The notes below the pieces were generated by a model. It did no database searches, had not been told where the DNA came from, and saw only the letters and a program-made list of their open reading frames with translations. Below, one piece after another: positions 9,054 to 18,193 of a stretch of 64,000 bases of DNA. The stretch comes from an uncultured Candidatus Poseidoniales archaeon (GTDB taxonomy: Archaea; Thermoplasmatota; Poseidoniia; Poseidoniales; Poseidoniaceae): the NCBI GenBank assembly GCA_964613395.1, contig CAZTGO010000010.1:794-64793 (forward strand), given 5' to 3'. A program made the translations under genes and the position numbers. Every line of letters begins with the position of its first letter. Within the stretch, counting starts at the first letter, position 1.

Positions 9054-9255
9054 TGATTTCACCACGAAGATGGGGCCAACCCCTCTCCTCGCAATTCTCC
9101 CGCCTCGTTCATGATTCAAGAACGCATCGCTTGGTTATGATTTTGAGGTGTGCTTCAGCTATCAAATTTCAAAAATAGTGAAAGTGGAAACATAAGAATC
9201 CAAAGGAGTGCTTCTCTGTGACCCATCTCAATCAAATCTCAATACAGGTCATGGC

Positions 9256-12200
9256 TTAAAAATGTGTTTGTAAGGGAGGTTCTGTATCTATTCCTTCAAT
9301 GTTTTTTCCAATCTTTGCTTTGAGAGCATCATTAAGTCCCAAGAGTGAGGTGGTGAGCACAAGACTCGCAAAGAGTGAGAGGGCGATCATAGCTGCAGAA
9401 AAGATACCAAAACTGCTGAACAATCCCATTGGAGATAATGCAATAACACTGAAACCGACGATGTCAGACGTCGCTGAACCGAGAAGGGCAAGACCACAAG
9501 CCCCGCCAATCGAATGCAAACATTCGTCATGTGAAAGTCCATTTTTCTTGCTTTCACGGTATCGTTCAGTGACATGAATACAATAATCGATTCCCACCCC
9601 AAGAGAAATTGTTGCAATGGTCACGGTAACAATATTTAGTGAAGCCCCAAGGACAAACATGAGTCCATAGAGCCAAACGACGACGACCAAGATTGGAAGG
9701 AAGGTCACAATGGCTTGAGAGAACGATCGAAAACCAATTGACAACGAAATAAGAACAAAGAACGAACCGAGAACGAGGGATGATTGCATTTCCTCCTGCA
9801 TTGCTGTCGATGCTGCATATCTTGTGATTGGTCGCCCTGTCAGCATGACCCATGTGAGTGGCTTGTCATCTTCCTGAACGGGACCAATTGACGCATAAGA
9901 ACCGGATGAGAGGTTTGTAAAGACTTCAAGGTCGTTCCAGATTTCGTCAATTCCAGCACCTAAACTAGGGAAATCTTCGGGTTGAGTTACACCGAATCGG
10001 ATTTGCATAAGCGAATAGGAAGCTGGTTCACCATTTTCATCCAGCCAAGGTCGAAGCGGGTCAAGAGGTACGTCTGGGGTGATGTATAACCGAACAATGC
10101 TCGGAGGTATGTCCGGAATTGGACCTGTACCCGGGACGCCGTAAAGACTCAGGAAACCGTAGAAGAACGACAAACAATCTCTATCGCCCGTGTCAACAAA
10201 CAAACTTGAGCCCATATTAGGACATCCGACGCCGTGTTCAGATTCGTTGACGACCCAACCTGCTTGTTCAAAGGGTGTTGAATTGAGCACAAGAGACCCT
10301 TGGGCTGCAAGAACCATTTCATCAAGAGCGAGCAAATCTATTGTCCCATCCGGTTGTCGGGTTACTTTGTCAGGAACGCCCTCCGGTAAATCATTCATTT
10401 TCTGTCGAAATATATCGATGGAAGCATACACTTGGGGGTCAAGGACATCGCCCATAATGAGTAGATTTGCAGGCTCACCTTCGGTAGCGAATCGTTGGTT
10501 CAATTCATGAACACCTACTGCAAAGTCGGAGTCTTCGTCAAGGAAATCCTCAACAGCAAAGTCACCCTCTAGACTCGACATTCCAATGGCCGAGGGAATA
10601 CTAACAAGAAGAGCAAGGACCAAAATAATTGAAGCATATTTTGGTTGTCCTGCGAAGACAGGAACCTTCTCCAACCAATCTCGTTCAATATGCTGTTTTT
10701 CTTTTCGTTGTCCTCTGGATTGACGAGAAGCGAACCAATCATCAACCGACATTCGAATGAGTGGCGTCCAAATGCCAGTCAAGAGAAACGCAGAAAAAAT
10801 TCCGAGTGCAGCCTCAACCCCAAATGACCTCAATGCAGCAATATCGCTGAATAGATTCGCAGCAAAAGCAACCATGGTCGTGATTGACGTGAGAGTAATG
10901 GCTCGTCCAACTCGCCGTATTGTAATGAGGGCTGAATCCTCCGTCGACTTCCCATTTCTTCGCTCCTCTTTGTACCTGTGGAGAGCATGTAACGAGTCAT
11001 CAATACCTAAGGCGAGAACCAAAATGGGCAACAAATTTGAAAATTGTGAACGTGTAATAATGTGGAGGCCTAACCAGGAAGTAAGAGATGAAACATAGCC
11101 AATGAGACCTTGCATCCAAAGAAGAGCAAAACCAAGGGCAGCCATGACGATGACGACATCGCTCCACCTCCGCAAACTTACAAACAAGAGAACCGTGATA
11201 CAAAGCATCATCAAAACAATGAGGCCTGCACTCGATTGCAATTCTCGGTTGACCTCAACATTGACGCCTTGGCCGAGTAGAAGAGTGATTGTTGTTCGAT
11301 CATGGGTTCGAATTTGCCCCTCGAGGTCCATGTATGACCATTCGGTTGAGCATCCTGCACCATTCTCCATCCTCTCTTGACAGATTGTTGAATTGTACTG
11401 AGGAGGATGGAGAATGAGGTGATTATCGTGGAATCGATAACCTCCAACATGAAATCCATCATCAGAGAAATAGACCGACTTTTCCTGATGGGCATCTTTC
11501 CAAACGACTTCCCAGCCCATTTCTCGAAGTGAGGTCCGATCGAGTTGAATCAAAAGCCATGTCGATGACGCAGACCAACGCCCGCTCGCCATTGTCGCAT
11601 CACCCCACGAACCGTCCGCTTCTAATGAGCCTTCGACTGGTCCGATTTGCAGGGCTTGTTCATCGGGAAGGAATCCTCGGTCGAGAGATAACCAACGAAG
11701 AAAATTGTTGTTTGATGCATCGGCCATTCGTGAGGCGGCCATGTCGATGTGTTGCTGAGTGATATTGTCGTCATCAAACTCAAGACAATCAAGAGGGAAA
11801 CAATCGGTCCAATTGGTAGGGGCAGGGAGAGGCACTCCTAACGATGAGAGGCCCGGTTGAGTCAAAATTGAGGTACCATTCATGAAACTACGGAAATGGT
11901 TGGGTAAGGAAATAGCCCCGCTTGACTGCTGACCGGTGACATCGTTTACAAGCGGTTTCATCGCTGGTGCCAAAGGATGCTGCTGAATGAAGTCAATTTT
12001 TTCATCGATTTCCCGTAGGACTGAGAGGTTGAGGATTCCTCCAGTTGGTGCTTCTATTCCACTCCACGCATCTCCTGCTGGCAGCATTTCAGAGACTTGA
12101 GGGAGATTTGCATAATCTGCAGCTCCGGAGGATGTCAGCGGAACGGGCTCCCAATCTTCCGGTGATGGTACCAATTCCGGTTGGCGAATGCCAACCATGA

Positions 12201-12420
12201 ATCCAAGAATAATCTCGGAATCCGAAAATTCATCTTCTATGATGCTTTGAGCTGAGAGTTCTGGAGATTCCATCTCGTATGATTCCATATCAATTGGTTC
12301 AAGAGCGGTCATCGCCCCTGGTATCATTAAAACAGACAACACGATCATGGCGATGTGAATCTTTTTGACCTGAAATACAAGGACTCTGCCGATAGCGTAC
12401 GACGAATCCTCCATGACCAT
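9256..12420 (-). CDS. RND-superfamily exporter (COG1033/MMPL-like), 12 TM with two large extracytoplasmic domains
   Basis: 1054 aa with a duplicated module. The motifs LGIDDSLHALHRYKEE and LGVGIDYCIHVTERYRE each sit inside a 5-6 TM bundle preceded by a large soluble loop. Confidence 0.85.
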   Translation of the reverse strand: MVMEDSSYAIGRVLVFQVKKIHIAMIVLSVLMIPGAMTALEPIDMESYEMESPELSAQSIIEDEFSDSEIILGFMVGIRQPELVPSPEDWEPVPLTSSGAADYANLPQVSEMLPAGDAWSGIEAPTGGILNLSVLREIDEKIDFIQQHPLAPAMKPLVNDVTGQQSSGAISLPNHFRSFMNGTSILTQPGLSSLGVPLPAPTNWTDCFPLDCLEFDDDNITQQHIDMAASRMADASNNNFLRWLSLDRGFLPDEQALQIGPVEGSLEADGSWGDATMASGRWSASSTWLLIQLDRTSLREMGWEVVWKDAHQEKSVYFSDDGFHVGGYRFHDNHLILHPPQYNSTICQERMENGAGCSTEWSYMDLEGQIRTHDRTTITLLLGQGVNVEVNRELQSSAGLIVLMMLCITVLLFVSLRRWSDVVIVMAALGFALLWMQGLIGYVSSLTSWLGLHIITRSQFSNLLPILVLALGIDDSLHALHRYKEERRNGKSTEDSALITIRRVGRAITLTSITTMVAFAANLFSDIAALRSFGVEAALGIFSAFLLTGIWTPLIRMSVDDWFASRQSRGQRKEKQHIERDWLEKVPVFAGQPKYASIILVLALLVSIPSAIGMSSLEGDFAVEDFLDEDSDFAVGVHELNQRFATEGEPANLLIMGDVLDPQVYASIDIFRQKMNDLPEGVPDKVTRQPDGTIDLLALDEMVLAAQGSLVLNSTPFEQAGWVVNESEHGVGCPNMGSSLFVDTGDRDCLSFFYGFLSLYGVPGTGPIPDIPPSIVRLYITPDVPLDPLRPWLDENGEPASYSLMQIRFGVTQPEDFPSLGAGIDEIWNDLEVFTNLSSGSYASIGPVQEDDKPLTWVMLTGRPITRYAASTAMQEEMQSSLVLGSFFVLISLSIGFRSFSQAIVTFLPILVVVVWLYGLMFVLGASLNIVTVTIATISLGVGIDYCIHVTERYRESKKNGLSHDECLHSIGGACGLALLGSATSDIVGFSVIALSPMGLFSSFGIFSAAMIALSLFASLVLTTSLLGLNDALKAKIGKNIEGIDTEPPLQTHF

Positions 12421-12529
12421 TTGGAACCAAATGGCCTTTTGAATTCATGTTTGCATGGCTGCATACTTGAGGAGTTTATCGGCCAAATCTTCAAAAAAGG
12501 GAACATTTGAGGTAATATAAGGGAAATCC

Positions 12530-13825
12530 ATGATTGACGAGTATCTGGAAACGCTCAATGGCCTCGATGACCTGATTAAATGGGGTATTGCGGCATTAAC
12601 CGCTCTATTTATTTTGATGATATCTAATTTTATTATGCGGAAATATGTTCTCACCGCTATCCAAAAAACCAAGGCTCAGTGGGATGATGTGCTCTATTGG
12701 CCGACACGAAAGCGACTGAACATTTTCATCATGGTGGTTTCTCTTCACTTCGCTATGATTTGGATTTACGGTGATGGAGATGAATTGCTCGGTTCACTCA
12801 TGCCTTACATTTCCTCTACGTACATACTGCTTGCCGCTTCTCTTGCAAGTGTTGGCTTCAAGGTCATCTTACCAGCACTTCTCGACAGATATGCAAACCC
12901 TTCAACCGTGAAGGTATCAGGAAGTAATTCACTTCTGGTCTTCGTTTCAAGAGCAACGATTTGGGGCCTTGGAATTTACTTCGTGTCCAATGAACTGAAC
13001 CTGGAACTCTTTGGCATCGTTGCGTCATTAGCAGTATTTTCATTGATTATCGGTCTTGCCATGCAGCAAACGCTTGGGAACATCGTGAACTCATTCATGC
13101 TTGCACTCGACCAACCATTTGAGGTCGGCGACAGAGTGGAAGTCGAGGGGCATCTTGGTGCGATTGCATCCGTTGGTATCTTATCAACAAAAATACTGAC
13201 AAGAGAAGAGAATCTCGTTGTTATTCCGAACAATAGTCTTGTCAATTCAACAATCATCAATCACGCTCGTGGCGGTGGAGATGGTGTTGGTCGACGTATT
13301 TCACTTGTCCTTGACATTGGTGTTGAATATGACGAGGACATTGACCATGTGAAATTCGTCATCCTTGAACTCATGCGTGCTTGCCCTCTCCTGCTCAAAA
13401 TACCCGAACCTCGTGTTCTTCTCAATGAGCTTGGTGAATATGCGAAGATCTTCAGAATGTATGGATGGGTTGAGGATTACAGTGATGAATTCCTTGCAAG
13501 GGATTGGTTGCTGCAAAATATTGACTCTTACTTCGAACGTGAAGGTATCGGCATTGCATTCCCAACATCAGTTGAACTCAGTGAAACAAAGGCACCGGAT
13601 GTCAACTCTCAAGCAAAGATGGCACGAATACGCATTGCACGAATGAAGATGGCAAGGGAAAACCGAGAGATGTTAGCAGAGCGAGACGCTGCGAAGGAAG
13701 ACCTCGATTATATTTCGAACCGTCTCCTCAATCAAGATATTTCGAAGAAAGAACGAAAGTACCTTGAAAATGCTCAAGATGAACTACAACGTGTACTTAC
13801 ACAATTCGATGTTGGAAACGATTGA
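12530..13825 (+). CDS. Small-conductance mechanosensitive channel (MscS family)
   Basis: N-terminal TM helices, then LDQPFEVGDRVEVEGHLGAIASVGILSTKILTREENLVVIPNNSL (MscS beta-domain signature), and a C-terminal coiled-coil extension. Confidence 0.9.
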   Translation: MIDEYLETLNGLDDLIKWGIAALTALFILMISNFIMRKYVLTAIQKTKAQWDDVLYWPTRKRLNIFIMVVSLHFAMIWIYGDGDELLGSLMPYISSTYILLAASLASVGFKVILPALLDRYANPSTVKVSGSNSLLVFVSRATIWGLGIYFVSNELNLELFGIVASLAVFSLIIGLAMQQTLGNIVNSFMLALDQPFEVGDRVEVEGHLGAIASVGILSTKILTREENLVVIPNNSLVNSTIINHARGGGDGVGRRISLVLDIGVEYDEDIDHVKFVILELMRACPLLLKIPEPRVLLNELGEYAKIFRMYGWVEDYSDEFLARDWLLQNIDSYFEREGIGIAFPTSVELSETKAPDVNSQAKMARIRIARMKMARENREMLAERDAAKEDLDYISNRLLNQDISKKERKYLENAQDELQRVLTQFDVGND

Positions 13826-13841
13826 TTGAGGATAACTCAAT

Positions 13842-14468
13842 TCAATTGTTGTTTCGACTGGGTTGAACCCATACTTTGTGCTTGACCATCACGCTTTCGA
13901 ATAATTCAGACTCCAAATGGTGCTTGAGCCAGCCGTGCAAGGTTTTGAATGGCAACGCATCGAACCAAGACCGATCATGATTAGCAAATTGGCGAACAAA
14001 TGGAAAAACAGCGATATCAACAAGTTGCGTTGATTGACGAGAAGCGAGGACATGGTCAAAATCCAATAAAAATGTCAATGCACGTTCACGGTGATGAAAG
14101 GGGTCGACGTCCTCATAGCGATTCGGATATTTGTAACGGTCAAGATCACCTTTGAATTCATCTTCAAATCTGTCAATCCATTCTTGTTGTTGGTCAGCAA
14201 GCCAATGCTCTGGATCATTTTGCCTTAGGGCCCAAAGCATGATGTCATAGCTCTCGTCAATCACCTTGCCACCCGGAAGAACGAGAACGGGTACAGTACT
14301 TTTTGGTGAATGTTCGATTAAGGATGATGGTAAATCTCGAAGAAGAACTTCTCGGTGATTCCATTCAATTTTCGATTGAAACAATGCCATTCTCGCCCTC
14401 ATTGCATAAGGACATCTTCGGAATGAATAGAGAACTGGTAGAGATGGATCTTCGTTTTGAGTATGCAT
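13842..14468 (-). CDS. Glutathione S-transferase family protein (thioredoxin-fold N-domain with CPY motif)
   Basis: LYSFRRCPYAMRARMAL...TVPVLVLPGGKVIDESYDIMLWAL is a GST_N/Grx2-like pattern, followed by a helical C-domain. Confidence 0.75.
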   Translation of the reverse strand: MHTQNEDPSLPVLYSFRRCPYAMRARMALFQSKIEWNHREVLLRDLPSSLIEHSPKSTVPVLVLPGGKVIDESYDIMLWALRQNDPEHWLADQQQEWIDRFEDEFKGDLDRYKYPNRYEDVDPFHHRERALTFLLDFDHVLASRQSTQLVDIAVFPFVRQFANHDRSWFDALPFKTLHGWLKHHLESELFESVMVKHKVWVQPSRNNN

Positions 14469-14477
14469 TAAATCGGC

Positions 14478-15542
14478 TCACTCTGGAGGTGTTGGAGGTG
14501 TGTAGCCACCATCGATTGCCTCTTGCACGATGTTCATGTCGGACTCGACCATCATCTGAATCAGTTCTTCGAATGAAGTTTGGGGCACCCAATCGAGTTT
14601 TTCTTGGGCGAGGGCTGGGTCGCCAATGAGAAGGTCAACTTCTGCAGGGCGGAAAAACTTCGGATTTGTTTTCACTCGTACGACGCCGTTTTGATCTGTT
14701 GCAATCGTTTGAACCCCTTCGCCTGACCAAACAATTTCTAGACCAACATGGCTGAATGCGAGTGTAATCATGTCACGAACACTATGCGTTCGACCTGTTG
14801 CGACGACAAAATCTCCCGGTTCATCCTGTTGTAACATCCTCCACTGCATCTCAACATAATCTCCAGCGAAACCCCAATCGCGCTTTGCATCAACATTGCC
14901 AATCGTGAGGAATTCATCGATGCCTTTAGCGATTCGAGCAACGGTCATCGTAACTTTTCTTGTCACAAATTCAAGGCCTCGGCGAGGGCTCTCGTGGTTA
15001 AACAGAATACCAGTGCAAGCAAACATATTGTACGACTCACGATAGTTTCGTGTTATTTCAAAAGCGAAAACTTTGGCACATCCGTAGGGTGAGCGTGGGT
15101 GAAATGGAGTTGCTTCAGTTTGTGGTACCTCGTGAACTTTACCGAATTGCTCAGATGAGCCTGCTTGATAAAAACGGCATTCAGGGGCATTCTTTCGAAT
15201 AGCCTCAAGACATCGCAATGCTCCTAATCCTGTGATATCAGCTGTCATCATTGGAGAACGCCAAGATTCTGGGACAAAGGACATAGCACCCAAGTTGTAA
15301 AATTCATGTGGTTGTATTTCTTTTACCGCATTGTCAATGGAGTTTTGGTCAGCGAGGTCGCCGTTAAACAAGTGAAAATTTTCATGTCCAATCAGGTGAT
15401 TGATGAGACTGCGCCCACTGGTTGGTTGAGAAACCCGACGAACGAGGCCGTAAACGACATATCCCTTCTCAAGCAGAAGTTCTGCAAGATACGAACCATC
15501 TTGACCGGTAATCCCGGTAATGATGGCTTTCTTAGCGGCCAT
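14478..15542 (-). CDS. gmd: GDP-mannose 4,6-dehydratase
   Basis: KKAIITGITGQDGSYLAELLLEKGYVVYGLVRR, plus SSEQFG, YGCAKV and FNHESPRRG motifs. The ORF track extends to 15668, but the canonical N-terminus begins at the ATG at 15542 (MAAKKAIITG). Confidence 0.95.
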   Translation of the reverse strand: MAAKKAIITGITGQDGSYLAELLLEKGYVVYGLVRRVSQPTSGRSLINHLIGHENFHLFNGDLADQNSIDNAVKEIQPHEFYNLGAMSFVPESWRSPMMTADITGLGALRCLEAIRKNAPECRFYQAGSSEQFGKVHEVPQTEATPFHPRSPYGCAKVFAFEITRNYRESYNMFACTGILFNHESPRRGLEFVTRKVTMTVARIAKGIDEFLTIGNVDAKRDWGFAGDYVEMQWRMLQQDEPGDFVVATGRTHSVRDMITLAFSHVGLEIVWSGEGVQTIATDQNGVVRVKTNPKFFRPAEVDLLIGDPALAQEKLDWVPQTSFEELIQMMVESDMNIVQEAIDGGYTPPTPPE

Positions 15543-15660
15543 GCCTTTCCCACCCGCTTTTCTTTTTTTAATTCGGTGGTTCGAATCATCACCACTAGAA
15601 TTGTTGTGATAGGGGAAAAAGAATGGTTGATTTGAAAGGTTGAACCTCTTACCGCAAAAC
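15543..15660. promoter_or_regulatory. Divergent intergenic region between gmd and the GT-E1-JAMM operon; candidate TATA-like element for gmd
   Basis: On the minus strand TTAAAAAAAG (15572-15562) is centred about 25 nt upstream of the gmd ATG. That spacing fits an archaeal TATA box with a leaderless or short-leader mRNA. There is no experimental support. Confidence 0.3.
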
Positions 15661-16947
15661 ATGGGCAATGCAACAGAATCTCGACGACATGTTCTTGTCG
15701 TTCGTGGTTCATTTGCAACGCTTGGAGGTGCAGAGCGAGAACTACTGCAACTTATTCCGAAACTAGAGAATCACTGGAAGGTTTCTCTTGCAACCCTATC
15801 ATTTCCTGAGGATGCTCAGCAACTTCTGGAATCTACGACCGTAGAGGTATACAAGAGCAAGCACATATACAACCCTCCAATCAATGCGATATCGGAAGTC
15901 AGGAATATCGCTTCAAAACAGGCTCTTCAGTTGTGGAAAAGTGTAGAAATCCCATGGGATACTATCGATGTTGTCCACCTCTCAGTCTGTCGAGGAACAC
16001 TCGAAATTTTACCTCGCATACCCGGTCATATCCCAATTCATTATCATTGCCTTGAACCTCCACGTTGGTTGTACGAAGATGTACTCCATCGAAGGCTTGA
16101 TGGTACAATAAAGCGTCCTTCATTCATCACAAATCTTGCGTTTAGAAAACAGAAAAAAGACGATCAACGATTTGTGAAAATGTTGCTTGGTCGACCAAAA
16201 TCAACGCTCTCAGGCAATTCTCAATTTACAGCAAATCGATTAACAAGAATATACAAATTTACTCGACCATGCACGAAAGAAAATGGCCTACCTCCTGAAA
16301 GGGATGAGCAGAAAAGGCCGCTTCAATGTACCTTTCTTCACCACGCAATTGACCTTGGAAAATGGCCAGTTGAGTCATCAAATGATGAGCAAACGGCTAC
16401 GGCAAATTTGAATTTACCAGAGAAGTACGTTGCGACAATTGGCAAAATTTCCTTTGTGAAAGGAACGATGGAAAGTGTGGCCATGTTGGAGAATACCAAT
16501 ATCGCCCTCGTGCACATCGGAGGTGGAAATGAATCAGATAAACAGAAATTGACGCAATTTGCCAAAACAATTGGTGTGGATATCATCTGTATGCCACAAC
16601 TGACACAAGAGCAAATTTGTGGGGTCTTTCGAGGGTCAATTGCTGTGATTTCACATGCATACGGTGAACCCTTTGGGCTTACCCCAATCGAAGCACTCTC
16701 AATTGGTGTTCCACCCGTCATGGTACGTGATGGTGGCTTTGTTGAAACGATGAGTCTCCTTGATGAGTCGTTCTTGTTTGACAGAAACAATTTGGAAAGC
16801 TGGCATCGTGGACTCGAACGTGCTCAAAACATTGAACATAGAGACCGTTGCTTAAAATCTGGTCGAGCATTTGTCGATGCTCATTTTTCACTCGACCATG
16901 AAGCCATTCAACTTTCAAGATTGTTGAATGAGCAACTCAATTCATGA
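15661..16947 (+). CDS. Glycosyltransferase, GT4 (GT-B fold) family
   Basis: N-terminal VLVVRGSFATLGGAEREL and C-terminal GEPFGLTPIEALSIGVPPVMVRDGGFVE (the E-x7-E type GT4 motif). The track ORF begins at TTG 15640; an ATG lies at 15661. Confidence 0.85.
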   Translation: MGNATESRRHVLVVRGSFATLGGAERELLQLIPKLENHWKVSLATLSFPEDAQQLLESTTVEVYKSKHIYNPPINAISEVRNIASKQALQLWKSVEIPWDTIDVVHLSVCRGTLEILPRIPGHIPIHYHCLEPPRWLYEDVLHRRLDGTIKRPSFITNLAFRKQKKDDQRFVKMLLGRPKSTLSGNSQFTANRLTRIYKFTRPCTKENGLPPERDEQKRPLQCTFLHHAIDLGKWPVESSNDEQTATANLNLPEKYVATIGKISFVKGTMESVAMLENTNIALVHIGGGNESDKQKLTQFAKTIGVDIICMPQLTQEQICGVFRGSIAVISHAYGEPFGLTPIEALSIGVPPVMVRDGGFVETMSLLDESFLFDRNNLESWHRGLERAQNIEHRDRCLKSGRAFVDAHFSLDHEAIQLSRLLNEQLNS

Positions 16948-17606
16948 TGGTTTATATCCACTGGAACAACAACATCTGTATGGTTTTGAAAAAGCAAGTG
17001 CTTATTGTTGGTTGTGGAGGTATAGGGAGCAATGTTGTGGATGCGTTGTACAGAGCTTGTCACGCTCTACAACTTCCATGTACCATCAATGTCATGGATG
17101 GTGATATCGTCTCATCAACCAATCTTGGTCATCAACGATTTCAGTCAACCGATATAGGCCAAACCAAAGTGAGTGTAATTGAAAGGAGATACAACGAAGA
17201 GGGGTCACTGGTCAATGTGATTGGTATTGAAGATGATTTGATCGATAAAGAACAATTGATTGGATATGATTTCATCATCGTTGCAGTGGACCGCCCTGAA
17301 CCACGTCGTATGGTCCATCAACAAGAGGCCCCTTGGATTGATTTACGATGCAGCGGCGATGGATTCATGGTTCTCACATACCAGACTGACAAAAATCTGG
17401 TCGAGGCAATGACCCCGAACCATCCACCAAAAAGTTGTCAACTCGAGGGTGCCCTTGATATTGGAAATATCGAATTCGGTTTTCTCATCTCTGCGGCACA
17501 TGGGGCACAGTGGACCCTCCAACATTTACGTGGTTTTTCAGGACCTCATGAAAGCATAGGAAGCATCACGTCAGGTTCCTTTCAATTCCCGGTGGTGAAC
17601 CAATGA
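16944..17606 (+). CDS. ThiF/MoeB/E1-like adenylyltransferase, minimal (220 aa)
   Basis: VLIVGCGGIGSNVVDAL (nucleotide loop), MDGDIVSSTNLGHQRF (the D-x-D-x-V-x2-S/T-N-L-x-R/H-Q block), GQTKV and VAVDRPEPRR (Mg/ATP Asp-Arg block). The ATG overlaps the GT stop (ATGA). Confidence 0.85.
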   Translation: MMVYIHWNNNICMVLKKQVLIVGCGGIGSNVVDALYRACHALQLPCTINVMDGDIVSSTNLGHQRFQSTDIGQTKVSVIERRYNEEGSLVNVIGIEDDLIDKEQLIGYDFIIVAVDRPEPRRMVHQQEAPWIDLRCSGDGFMVLTYQTDKNLVEAMTPNHPPKSCQLEGALDIGNIEFGFLISAAHGAQWTLQHLRGFSGPHESIGSITSGSFQFPVVNQ

Positions 17607-18193
17607 TTCCTCCAGGACTCGTAGATATTGGTATTCGTGACATTGATTGGATGTATGCTTTAGAACAAGCGGCTCAAAAAAATGTTGAAGATGATATTTT
17701 ACTAGCTGTACAGGAATGTTGTGCTCAGCATGACCGGTGGGATGGCGTGTACATTCTTTCCTATTTTGCCTGCCTTGAGACATCTGTCCTCATCGATGCT
17801 GATGACCGAGTCTTCATCGACTGGGGCCTTCCTGGGAGCGTTCATTTAAGGCAACCAGTAGGAGCAAAGATTCCGTTCAAATTATGGGTTCACACCCATC
17901 CAAGAATGGACACGTATTGGAGCATGACTGATAAAAACAGTTTAGCATTCTCCACGTTGCTGCTTCAGCATGCATATGTTCTAGGGAAACAAGGCATCAA
18001 ATGCACACAAAATGCTTCTTTGTTGGAGGTCGAGCATGAAAAATCTATTTCCAATGAAGCACCTCTTCAGTTTTGGTCTGAAGAAGAAACTGAATCATGG
18101 AGCAGGTGGTATGATGCTCGAAACATAGAGTTTAACCAACAAGACTCAATTGCCAACATATGTTGGCTTTCGTCCCTCAATCAAAGCCGATAA
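17603..18193 (+). CDS. JAB/MPN (JAMM) metallopeptidase domain protein
   Basis: An exact JAMM motif H-T-H-P-R-M-D-T-Y-W-S-M-T-D (HxHx7SxxD), with an upstream candidate Glu in VQECC. The ATG overlaps the E1-like stop (ATGA). Confidence 0.8.
   Translation: MIPPGLVDIGIRDIDWMYALEQAAQKNVEDDILLAVQECCAQHDRWDGVYILSYFACLETSVLIDADDRVFIDWGLPGSVHLRQPVGAKIPFKLWVHTHPRMDTYWSMTDKNSLAFSTLLLQHAYVLGKQGIKCTQNASLLEVEHEKSISNEAPLQFWSEEETESWSRWYDARNIEFNQQDSIANICWLSSLNQSR

Noticed and set aside
15543-15668. A 42-aa N-terminal extension of the gmd ORF (start at 15668).
   Set aside because: The canonical GMD N-terminus (MAAKKAIITGITGQDG) begins at the ATG at 15542. The extension would consume the divergent promoter region and overlap the GT gene start.
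18146-18193. The 48-nt convergent overlap of the JAMM gene and the fadB-like gene 3' ends, considered as a possible regulatory antisense feature.
   Set aside because: Both C-termini are unconserved tails, and the overlap is most simply explained by compact genome packing. There is no structure or motif to support a specific function.
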